DNA of 64,000 nucleotides from contig CAJINV010000006.1 in assembly GCA_905178155.1 (NCBI GenBank), positions 2,582,658 to 2,646,657 of the forward strand. The letters are read 5' to 3'. Within the stretch, counting starts at the first letter, position 1; each line of letters opens with the position of its first letter. The stretch is from Amoebophrya sp. A120. Lineage: Eukaryota > Protista > Dinoflagellata. The notes beneath the pieces are model-generated. The model saw only the letters and a list, made by a program, of their open reading frames with translations. It ran no database searches and was not told where the DNA came from. A program made the translations under genes and the position numbers. This document shows, piece after piece, positions 10,596 to 21,385 of the stretch.

Positions 10596-13254
10596 CTACC
10601 TTCCACCCGACGATGTCGATTCAGAAGTGCTCTTTTATCAAATGCAAATATGTCTGGGTCAGGAAACTTGTAATGCTGAGTTGTGAGTAGTGAATTCTCT
10701 CTAATGCACAGCCAAGCATGAGAAATATTCGCGCGGCTTAGTGTTGCGCTTTCCGCATGCCAAGCTGTGTTTTGCATGACAAGCAAAAGGGTCTCTTCTT
10801 GGACACGCATCACAAAACTCTTCCGTCATGCCAGACAAGCATGACAAACCTTGCATCCTTACAGACCCAGACATATTCGCAACGCATATCTTTAAAACCC
10901 TGTCAAAAGCTCGGATTAAGTTCTCCGGTTCCTGGGCCCCCGAGATCGCGACAACCGGCTCGAAAATTTCCCCTGCTGAACATGCGCCATCGTGGTCTTC
11001 TTCAGGAACCGTAGTTCTTTTCGGTGCACCTTCATTATCGCGGCCACTAGCAGCAAAACTCCTACTATTCAACCCGATAAAAAAAGCCGGTACTCCGTTG
11101 ACCGCGTATTTTCCCTTGTGGCTTTCTTCCAACAATGTGCGCACTTCGGACGCCAAAAACGTTGTATCAAATGTAAAAATGTCTGGGTCTGGAAGAGTTC
11201 ATGTTTGTCATGCTTTTCTGGCGTGATTCTTAAATCTGTCATGCACGTTGCCCAAGCGCTCCGTTTTTCTGTGATGCAGAAGCGCAGTTTGTCATGCAGA
11301 GTAGGCAACACCTAGGAGCTCAGAAACTTGTCATGCTGAGCCAGCATTTGTAGCCTCATCATGAGACGCCACCGAGCATCACAAGTTTCCAGACCCAGAC
11401 ACTTTTACATTTGATACGTTGGGTCGCTTTCCAATTTCTCGACCCATTTCGCCTCGATTTTTGCCGCCAGTCCGATCTTTATTAAAAGGAAAAATCAAAT
11501 CCCCCCCTCCCCATCCTCCAAGGGAGACTTGTGTAGCATGATGTGTGATCACGAGTCGCGTTGTCATGCTAGAAGGGATGAAGAGATGGTGCAGAAGACT
11601 GTAGTTCTGGCTGGCGTGGGAAAGCTTTGCGTCTTCAGCATGACAGGAAGCAACTGGAAACGGGAAACAGCGTGACAAATTGCCTGCAAACGAGGAAGCA
11701 GCTGCGTCTCTTGGCCCTCTAGCAATACAAGTTGATTTGTCGTCACAACTCAGCATCACAAATTTTCTTTTCGATATGGGGAGAGAGGAAATTTTTTCGC
11801 CACAATAATCTTTTTCAACGTGTCAAACTCCCCGATCCAGTTCTCCTTCTCGAAAAAATTGTTGAAAAGCATCTCCTATCCTGTGCAAAAGTATCGCACT
11901 CGTAGTAATTGCAATCATGCATTACAAATTTTTTTCTGGAGGTAAATCCGCATTACAACTTTTATTTCTCATGCAGCTGAGGAAGTTTGTAATGCATTTA
12001 GACGAGTACGATACTTTTGCAACGCATATCTCCACGACCGTGTCCTGCTTTTGCATATGGGAGTGTCAGGACCGAAATCCACGAGGTTGAAACAGTTTGT
12101 CATGCACAAAACGGAAGCCACAAAATGCCTGTCTTGCACCAGAGGTGGCAAGTGAGGCGGATTCTTGTGACGAGCCTTTTACTTTTTGAAACTAGAAATA
12201 GAACTGCTAAAGCAGCACGACAGAACCAAACTTCTTCGCCCCAAACAGCGTGACAAATTGGATTTCGATGCTACCAACATTTGTAGTCTTGCGCCGCTTA
12301 TAAAGTGCGCTTCCAGCAACTCGCATCGGTTTTGTGCATCACAAATTTTATTGCAACTTTGTCCATTTCGCTCCTGACGCCTCCATATTGCAAAGACCCG
12401 CCGTACTCCGGTCGCGAAGCCAAATAGATCAGGCGGTGGGAATATCAAATGCAATTATGTCTGGGTCTGCAAACTTGTGATGCTAAAATGTGCATGATGA
12501 AAACAACTTCCGAATGAAGCCCAGCATGACAACTTCCCAAAACGCTTTCTCATAGGCAATCCGCATGAGAAACTGCGTTTTTGCATGACAAAAGAGGCTG
12601 CGACTTATTTTGTTGCTTATGCAATACAGATTTCCCAGGATTGTAGAGCTAGCATTACAAGTTCCAACCTTCCAGACCCAGACATTTTTGTAGTGCATAG
12701 GGAATTAAAGGTGTTGCCGGTGTAGCCCTCGTAGTTGAAATTTATATCCTCCGTTCTCCCCACCTTCTGCAAGTAGGGAATGATCTGGCTCGCCCGGTCG
12801 GGGCCGAATTTTTGCTCGTAGTAGTCCCTTTTCCGTACCTTTTCGGCTTGGGGAAACTGTGGGTTCAGCTGAAACGGCAACCATTCGATGTTGAAGTTCA
12901 CGTTGGTTGCAACTTGGTCATCTTCAGCAGGAGTTTGCTGTGTGTGTTCTTGTGCGGTAGTACTTCTATTTGCCGTCGTATTGTACTCCTTTATCGCGGT
13001 CTCCAGTCGGCGTTTGCCGACGAAACACCATTATCCTGTGCAAAAGTATCGCACTCGTAGTAATTGCAAATATGCATGACAAATCTTCTTCCTAAGGTAA
13101 AACAGCATTACAAATTTCATTTCTCATGCTGAGGAAATTTGTAATGCAATTCATACTAGTACGATGCTTTTGCAATTCATAACCATGGTCAGACCGTGTC
13201 CGACACGATCTTGATCTGGATCTGCCGCGCGGCCTGCTTCCTCGCGGGCTGCAT
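10596..13254 (-). CDS. DsbA/FrnE-like thioredoxin-fold selenoprotein (Sec at codon 22)
   Basis: MQPARKQAARQIQIKIVSDTV-TGA-PW|CFVGKRRLETAIKE...IEWLPFQLNP...YTGNTFNS...VNGVPAFFIG...ISGAQEPENLIRAF; TGA at 13191-13189 replaces first Cys of CPWC; seven introners; stop TAG 10598-10596 after removing introner plus one DR. Confidence 0.88.
10636..10888. mobile_element. Introner family A
   Basis: TIR; DR tcttt. Confidence 0.88.
11165..11416. mobile_element. Introner family A
   Basis: TIR; DR cgttg. Confidence 0.9.
11480..11807. mobile_element. Introner family E
   Basis: TIR; DR atctt. Confidence 0.85.
11877..12028. mobile_element. Introner family B
   Basis: TIR; DR tctcc. Confidence 0.9.
12056..12387. 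mobile_element. Introner family D
   Basis: TIR tatgggagtgtcagga.cgaaat; DR ttgca. Confidence 0.88.
12443..12699. mobile_element. Introner family A
   Basis: TIR; DR gggaa. Confidence 0.88.
13032..13181. mobile_element. Introner family B splitting the UPWC motif
   Basis: TIR; DR accat. Confidence 0.9.
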
Positions 13255-13755
13255 GGTCGTTGAATGAACTATCGTCCCTGACCGACGAGCGAAAGAAAAC
13301 AACTGGATGAAATAATTATTCCAGTATAGTTGTAGTAGCCAAGTGGTAAAAGCCAAAGCACCTATGTCGTGCAGGGTTGGGTGCTAGAAGTAGCGCCTCT
13401 AGGTGGACGAGTTGTTGGACGAGACCTGATGGCTCGGGAAGTTGCGCTTGAAAAAGACTTCCAGTCATGCTCTTGTGGACGATGAAGAATATCTGGTCTT
13501 GATAAACACCTGGTTCTACTCTCGTTGTTCTGTTACAGTGCCCGTCTTGCCCTCTCTCTGTCAAATGCACGGTCGTTGTTGTCGAACACGATTGATTTTT
13601 CTTTGGACCACGTGATGTGGAGTATTGAAAACGTCATTTCTGCTCCTTTTTCCATCACCCTCAATGATCTTCGCCACTATAGAATCAATACCGGTGCTAC
13701 ATGCAACTGTGACCAGCACACTGCTCGGACTACATCTATTCCGCAGGAGCTTCGG

Positions 13756-16700
13756 TCAAATCCTTCTCTCCAACCCGAGCAATTTTTGCCTCGCCATCGC
13801 CCCAAGTACCCGCTTCTCTTTCCGCCGTTGCCGCAACACCGCGTGTCTCTGGTGTCTTTTCCGCGGTTGGAAGTAATTCAGCGCCTTGCGGGACTGCCAC
13901 TCGTAATTTACTTGGAGAGAAGAAGAAGGTGGCACTTTTGTTCCATCGGTGTCAAGTTGACAAGCAGCAGCAGTTTCGTCATTTCGGCCCCCAAAAACAG
14001 TTAACGCAGTACAACTATCAGAAGCGAAGCTTGTCGTGGGTTTTCTGTCAGAGAAACCTCTAGTGCGCAGCCTCGCTGTTGACGCTTCTGCTCCTTCACG
14101 CGGTCGAAAGCTCAGTTTCCGTTTCAAATAGTACACTTTTCCCTTGTGCAGAAACGAAAACCGCTCCCGGTTCCGCCAAGACCGCTCGGGCGGGTGGATG
14201 AAATTCTTCGTAGTGCATCCGGGTAGCAGCTTTAGCTCGTTTTCCTCGATGACCAATTGCGCCTCATCTGCATGATCCTTGTTTATGTTGGTATGGATTG
14301 CAAATATGTCTGAGAGGTCTGGAAGATTCCAACTCGTCAAGCTAAGTCCGAATCATGCAAAGATCTGTGTTGCACTGTAGTGCCAAAAGCTGCCCACCTT
14401 CGACCAAGCTGGGAGCGAATTTCTCATGCAGGAGAGGCATGATAGAGACCTCGCAGAGTCTGTCATGCTAGGTCCCGCATTCCAGATTCATGGGCCATAG
14501 AAAATTTGCATGACAAGTTTACACTCTTCCAGACCCAGACAGATTTGCATTTGATAGTTGGGTCCGTCTGGCAAGAACCGCCTCGCCGTCGCGTCGGTGC
14601 TTGTTGTGCTCCCGCCCGCAATACCAGTTTTTGAAGATGAGCCGATTTGGCTTTCTTCGCGCCGTCTCTGCTCCACTTGTTGTTCCACTTTCGTGAACTG
14701 CAGCGGAAAGCGGGTGCTCAGCGTTGTTGTTGAGCTGGTAGTTCTTGCACCAGTTGAAGGTCCTCTCCCTCTTCTTCTACTAGCGATGTTCAGGGTTTCG
14801 TCGTCCTTTCGTTCAAGTTCGTCTTCACTGACGGAAGACAGCTTGATGTCCTGGTGGCCCCCCTGCTGATCTACCATTTGATGTTTATGGATGTGTCAGG
14901 ATTGAAATCGACAAAGTTGAAATAACTTGTAATGCATAAAATGAATAAAAAGTTGTGGCCCAGTTTCCAAGTGGCACATGACAAATTTGGGTAGAACCGA
15001 AATCCAGTTTGTCATGCTGTTTGGGTAAGGATGACGCCTTTTGTCATGCTACTTTAGCAGCTCAGTGTCTACCCCTTAACAGGCTTACAATCTGCCTCGC
15101 TTGCCTACTCTGCAAGGCAGGCACTTTGTGGGCTGCATTTTATGCATGACAAACTCTTTCAACTTTGACAATTTCAATCCTGACGCTTCCATAATGGTCC
15201 TGCTCCTTGTACAAATGCGCCATCTATCAAATGCAAAAATGTCTGGGTCTGGAAGAATGCAACTTGTGATGCTGCAGTTGGATTCCAAAAAAATCTGTAT
15301 TGCATGAGTAGCACAGGGAATGTAATTTTTGGTACGGTGAGAAGAAATTTGTCATGCGGAATCGGCATCAAGAAGCCCTCAAAAAGTCTGTATTGCTACG
15401 GTATGCATCACAGACATCATGGCTCATGCAAAACGTGCATGACAGGTGTCAAAATCTTCCAGACCCAGACATTTTTACAGTTGATACCATCACGGCGTCG
15501 GGCCGCGGAGGCATGCCCCGCATGGCGAGTCGCTGCTCCACCAGCAGGGCTTTCTCGTCTTGTTGTTCTACGGTGTCTTCTTCATGCGGGCCTTTCTTGA
15601 TGTTCCCAGGTAAGAGCTGTGCAACAAGGGCGGGACCATCTTGTCTACTAATTTTCCGCAAGGATGAAAAGTACTCCGTCGCGTGGTCCTCCCCCGTAGT
15701 AGAAGAAGTTCCAAGCAGCCGCATCTCCTCGGCGATGCTCTTTCCCAACCTGTTTTCTCGCTCGGAAGTTAAGCCTGTCACGCAGTCCCCGGCCGTGATT
15801 TGTCCCTTCTCTTCCAGTATGAACTGCAAAAGTATCGCACTCGTATAAATGCATTTTAAATGCATTTATGAGAATAAATTTGTAATACAAATTTCCTCGG
15901 CATGAGACATAAAATTTGTAATGCGGATTTACCTTAAAAAGAAGATTTGTACTGCACGATTGCAATACGAGTACGATACTTTTGCGCAGGATATCCAGCT
16001 CCTCTAAGACGAAGGTTTTCCAGTCCGATTTCCCCATGCAATACAAGTAACTCGACAAGGAAAAAGGCTTTGCGATGATCGGGTGCGGAAGCGGTTTGCA
16101 ATTCGGCAGATTCTCATACCGAACGAAATCGAACGCGCGTTTCTTCGTTTGTTTTTCGATCAACCCGGCGAGGAATGGTTTGGAAAACTGCCCGAATTTC
16201 CGCACGTAGTCGACCACTTCGATGATGGAGATGGTAGAAAAACACCGCGTGAACAGCGCCGTCAACTCCGCGTTGTGCATATGGAAGCCTCAGGTTTGAA
16301 ATCGACAAAGTTGACCTGATTTGTCATGCATAAAATGCAAAGCACGAAGCGCCTGTCTTGCCGGGATGGCAAGTGAGGCAGATTGTCAGTCTATTTAGGG
16401 TTTGACTTAGAGCTGCTAAAGGAGCACGACAAAAGCAGTCTTCTGTGCCCAAACAGCATGACAAATTGGATTCCAGTGCTCCGAAAATTTGTCATGCACC
16501 AGTTCGAAATTGGGCTCCCAACAACTGGCATCGATTTTATGCATCACAAGTTATTTCAACTCTGTCGATTTCAATCCTGACACCCCCATAGTGCACCGTC
16601 CCGAAATAATCTTCGCTGCAGTGCCGAATCAGGTTTTCGTAGCTTTGTTGCGAGTACTTCTCCTATCCTGAGTAAAAACGTCCCCACTCCATAGTCACGA

Positions 16701-19700
16701 ACGATGGGAAATCTGCTCGACAAATCGACCAGCTTTGGTTGTTGCGCATGACAAGTTTGGTCTCGTAGTGCGATGCTGCTTAGCTCGTGGAGCAGCATCA
16801 CAGATCTAGCCTGTCATGCTGATTGGAGCATTGCAAACTCCAAAACACGACTAGAGCATGCTTCTCATGGGGCCGCGCATGACAAACATGTTCCAGCATG
16901 CAGACCTGCATGGCGATTATGGGGTGGGGACGTTTTTACATAGGATATCTCCCGAAACAACGCGATCCGGTGACACAGTTTCAAACACTTCTCCGCGGGA
17001 ATGAACTTCACGAGTTCATTATGCATTGCAAATGTGTCTGAGGTTGCAACTTGTGATGCTGTCTTTCGATTCCAAAAAAATCTGTGTTGCATGGCCAGCA
17101 ATAGAAACGCAGTTTGTGCTACGCGGAGAGGGCATTTCTCATGCGGATTAGGCAGCAGAAAGCTCCCTAAAGGAAATCTGTGATGCTAGGTCATGCATTA
17201 CGGGCATCATGGGTCATGCAAAGCATGCATGACAAACCAGGCAATCTTCCAGACCCAGACATATTTCTTGCACTGGATATTGATACTTGAATACCGTGTG
17301 CAAATCCTTCTGCGAGAGGCGGTCAACATCTAGAACCCGGACCCGAATCGGCCCCTTGCTCGGGTCAAACCAGGTCCCGAGTTTTAATCGCTTCTGCCGC
17401 TGTCGGTAGGTGAGGGAAGAAGCGTTCGCAGGAGTAGAACCGTATGAAAGTGTCAGAATCGAAATTGACAAAATCGAAATAATTTGTGATGCACAAAATC
17501 GACGCCAGTTGGAGCCTCGGTTTCCAAGTGGCGCATGACAAATTTCGGAAGCACCAAAATCCAGTCTGTCATGCTGTTTGGGCAAAGAAGACTGCTCCTG
17601 TCATGCTACTCTGGCAGCACATCGTCTTTCCCTAAACAGGCTTGCAATCGGTCGCATTTGCTTGCTCCCCAACACAGGCCATCCGTGCTCTACATTTTAT
17701 GCATTGCAGATTTTTCGATTTTGTCGATTTCGATCCTGACAGTCCCATAAACCACTTCTACATGATATCCTGTGCGAAAACGACGTCCCCGCCCCGCAGT
17801 CAAGTTGGAAAATCTGCATAGAGAAATCAAGATCAACACGCTTTGGCTGTTCTTGCGCATGACAGGTAGTTTGGGTTCGCAATGTCATCGCGTTGCGGTT
17901 GCGCTAGTGCAGCAGCATCACAAATCTCGCATCTCATGCTGATTCGAGCTTCACAAATTTCAAAACAGCACTAGAAAATGCGTCTCATGGGGTTCAGAAA
18001 GGGAAGCATTTTAAGCATGAGGTTTGCACCACCACTCTGGGTTGGGAACGTTTTTGCAGCTCAGGATAGTACTACAAATCCGGCTATCGTTGTTCATCTC
18101 CGCAGCTTTCGCCAGGAATTTTAACGCCCTTTTTTGCCCTCTGCCTACACCCGGATGTAATAGTTGCAGAGCTTCTACTGAGGTTGAAGACCCTGTAGTA
18201 CTGCTGCTGGAGCCGGGTGATCCTTTCCCCGCGACGGCTATTGCAAGGAAAAATCCCCCCCTCCCCATACTCAAAGGGAGATTTGCGTAGCATGATTTGT
18301 GATCACAAATCACGTTGTCATGCTAGAAGGGAAGAGATGCAAATTGTAGTGCTGGCTGGCGTGGGAAAGCCTTGCGCTTCAGCATGACAGGAAGCAACTG
18401 GAAACGGGAAACAGAGTGACAAATTGCCTGCAAACGAGGGAACAGCTGCGTCTCTTGGCCTTCTAGCAATGCAATTCGATTTGTGGTCACAAATCTGCAT
18501 CACAAATTTTCTTTTCGATATGGGGAGGGAGGATTTTTCCTTTTGATAACGGCGGCTCTCGAACTAGAGCCCGCCCGATTCGCTTGCTCCAGCTCCGATT
18601 GGAGAAACTGCCGTTTCGAAGAAAAATGATCTTCGTGGGTCTGAAATAAATTCTTGTTCCTGCTCTTGTCAGGCGCAGTAGTGTTTTTATTCCCATCACC
18701 CGCGTAGTACGAAGGTGTCGTTTGCACGCAACTTGTATCAATCTTCCGGTTTTCGTGGTATTCTGGGCGTTTTTTGTACGGACCGGGTTCTTCGGTGTCA
18801 AGGAGTTCGACTCTGGTGGCTATCACAATGAAAATTGCCCCTACCCCCGAACTTGAAAGCATTTGCATTGCAAACTTTTCCAAACGAAACACTCGCTCTC
18901 TTGCATCTATCAGCATCACAGATTTCCGCTCGTGAATAGCAAAAATTTGTATTGCAGAAGATCCCAGCAAGAGCGGCGTTTGTCATGCAAGCGATGCGAA
19001 ACAGGCCTAGACTCTGCATCAGAAAGGTTCACTCTCCTTTCACGCATAGATAAAAAGTTCTTCATTTGAAAACCTTATGCATCACAAATTTTTTGCAACT
19101 TTGGGGGTGGGGGCAATTTTCCTCGCGATAGTGGCTTCCATTGGTCTCTTTGTCCTCGGAAAATCATCTTCAACCCCGTGGTCTTTTTTATCAAATGTAA
19201 AAATGTCTGGGTCTGGAAACTTGTGATGCTGTGTGGCGTATCATGAGGAGGCGACAGTTGCTGGCTCAGCATGACAAGTTTCGGAGCTTCTAGGTGTTGC
19301 CTATTCTGCATGACAAACTACGTTTCTGCATGACAGAAAAGTGGGGCTCTTTGGTAATGTGCATGACAGATTTAAGAGTCATACCAGACAAGCATGACAA
19401 ACTTGCATTCTTCCAGACCCAGACATTTTTACATTTGATATTTTTCCCCTTTTATTTGCAACAGACCGCTGTGGTCCTCGTCAACAGCGCCTCGTCTCAA
19501 GCCAGAAAGGGATGCTGGTGAAGTTCTTGCGGCGACAACAGAACTGTGTCCTACTACCTGTTGTACCCTGTCACAGTTGTACTCCGGCCCCCGCTGCACT
19601 GGGTCCACGACGTCCACACTTTCTTCTTGTTGGTCTACTTCATTTGCAGGAGCTTCAGTCGCCGTCAATGCTTCTCCGGCTACCGTGCTGTTGAAGGCTG

Positions 19701-20622
19701 AAGGGTAGTAGAGCTTTACCACAGAGCATCGTAAGAAAAACCTGTCTCAACAGTCTCAAACCTTTATTGCAGACTCAGCAATACAAAGTTCTGTGATGCA
19801 AGAAACAAAAAATCTCTGATGCGTTTAGACAGCAAGGGATATTAACACATATGAAAGATGATCGGTCTTTCTTGCATCTCCAGCATGACAAAAAACTGTC
19901 TCGAGGAAGTTCCGCATTACAAGTTGAGACTGAGACAGTTTTTTCTCGCGATCATACAGAGGAATCCAAAACGTCCAGCTCGTAGTCTTGGTAGTAGTCC
20001 TGCTCCGCGAAGACATCATCGTCTTCCTCTATGTATGCATTGCACATATCCCTGGATGTCTGGATTTGTGATGCGAGAATTGAAGGACAAGAAGATCTGT
20101 GATGCATGAATGCGATGGGCCAGTTTTTTTGTCGTGCTGGATGGAAGTTTGTCATGCGTTTTCCGAATGAATCAGCAACAAGCCTTTCCAAACTTCTGAT
20201 GCTCCTGCTATGCCGTACAAGCGGCTAGTACCCTCTGTATGCTGCGAGTGTCAGCAACACAAATTTCCACATCCAGACATTATATTTGCATTTGATACTA
20301 TGCCGTCGTGGTCTTCTGAAGCTACATTACTACGTGTTAGTCTGGAGGGTAGTGGCAAAATTTCCGGCGTTCCGCGACGAGGTGCTGGTCCGGAGAACGT
20401 CGGGCTCGTGGGGGCTGCAGATTTTGCAGAAGCGCAAGATGTTGATACCGACCTGGTATTCGGGCACGACGGCGCGCCGGAAATACTCGTGGAAAACGCG
20501 TCGTGCCACGGGGAAGTAGAAGAGGAGGCTCGCAATAAATAAATCCGCCGTCTGGGCGGCAACTGCACCGCTGGTTTTGGAAAATAAGTGTAGTTCTTAA
20601 AAATTATGCTAGTGGAGCTCAT
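13756..20622 (-). CDS. Large hypothetical protein, multi-exon (14 introners); start uncertain
   Basis: Open exon frames between introners (e.g. HNAELTALFTRCFSTISIIEVVDYVRKFG..., LTYRQRQKRLKLGTWFDP...), basic C-terminus ending LLGLERRI-stop; no family recognised. Confidence 0.55.
14292..14556. mobile_element. Introner family A (reverse orientation relative to 2738-3000)
   Basis: TIR; DR gttgg. Confidence 0.88.
14886..15193. mobile_element. Introner family D
   Basis: TIR; DR atgtt/atggt. Confidence 0.88.
15225..15486. mobile_element. Introner family A
   Basis: TIR; DR ccatc. Confidence 0.9.
15818..15993. mobile_element. Introner family B
   Basis: TIR; DR tccag. Confidence 0.9.
16280..16590. 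mobile_element. Introner family D
   Basis: TIR; DR gtgca. Confidence 0.88.
16664..16947. mobile_element. Introner family C
   Basis: TIR tatcct..gtaaaaacgtcccca; DR tctcc. Confidence 0.9.
17020..17279. mobile_element. Introner family A
   Basis: TIR partly decayed; DR ttcat/ttgat. Confidence 0.82.
17443..17749. mobile_element. Introner family D
   Basis: TIR; DR aaccg/aacca. Confidence 0.88.
17766..18068. mobile_element. Introner family C
   Basis: TIR; no clean DR. Confidence 0.78.
18239..18548. mobile_element. Introner family E
   Basis: TIR; DR acggc. Confidence 0.88.
18821..19130. mobile_element. Introner family E variant
   Basis: TIR tatc.c.a.gaaaattgccccc; DR gtggc. Confidence 0.85.
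19189..19440. mobile_element. Introner family A
   Basis: Perfect TIR tatcaaatgtaaaaatgtctgggtctggaa; DR ttttt. Confidence 0.9.
19727..19956. mobile_element. Introner family G/H
   Basis: TIR atcg..agaaaaa.ctgtctca; DR cagag. Confidence 0.75.
20034..20297. mobile_element. Introner family A (diverged)
   Basis: TIR; DR ctatg. Confidence 0.82.
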
Positions 20623-21385
20623 CGTGCTGGAAAGATCAGAAGCAGGAGCAGCAAAAGTGATAAATCAAGGTCTCCTGCAGCTGAAATTCAATCGTGAGAA
20701 CAAGTCGGGGTGGCTGGTGCACTATTCAGGGTACAACATCATATGAAACAGAAAAGCGCAGTACTATCACGATCAAGAAAAATACCTTCATCCTCTCGTA
20801 GTTCGACGAAAACACCACGAGCGGATTGAAAGTCTTGATCTCCAAAAACAAAGAATCGTGATCTTCGGAAACAGTCAGACAGAAACTGCTTGATCCGAAC
20901 GGAACGCTTGCTTTATTTCTGATAGCAGCTCACAGAGCCGGATGTCCTTCGTCAAGCACATGGCTGCTAGCTCCTAAGCAGCACGACGAAAGCTTCTAGA
21001 CAGCAGAACGTCTACCGGAAGAGAGTGGTAAGAAGAACGAGAGGTCCCTTAGTTTAGAGGACCGATAGGCGTACACAGTCCTTGACATCGATCGTGGACA
21101 AGCAAAACTGCTTTGATCTTTGCCACCAGAAGATCGAAAAATTGTAACACTTCGCAACCATGCCGCCTTTCCCGCTATGCGCGCACGCACAGTGACCACA
21201 CCTAGTGCTTGTTTCTGTCTCGCCGGCTCTGACAGCGATCCTCGTTGAACCTATCCAATCATTCCTCAAAGAAATCATGTTCTTCCTGTGAAACTTTTGC
21301 AAGACATCAAAAGCACCTGTTCATCTTGTCCTCAAGTGGTCCATTCAACAACTTGTCTAAAGTAGACCAAGGACCTCGCACCAGC

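Noticed and set aside
13189-13191. TGA as pseudogene stop or as Trp recoding
   Set aside because: It aligns with the catalytic Cys, the rest of the gene is intact, a SECIS-like hairpin follows, Trp is TGG nearby and other genes end in TGA.
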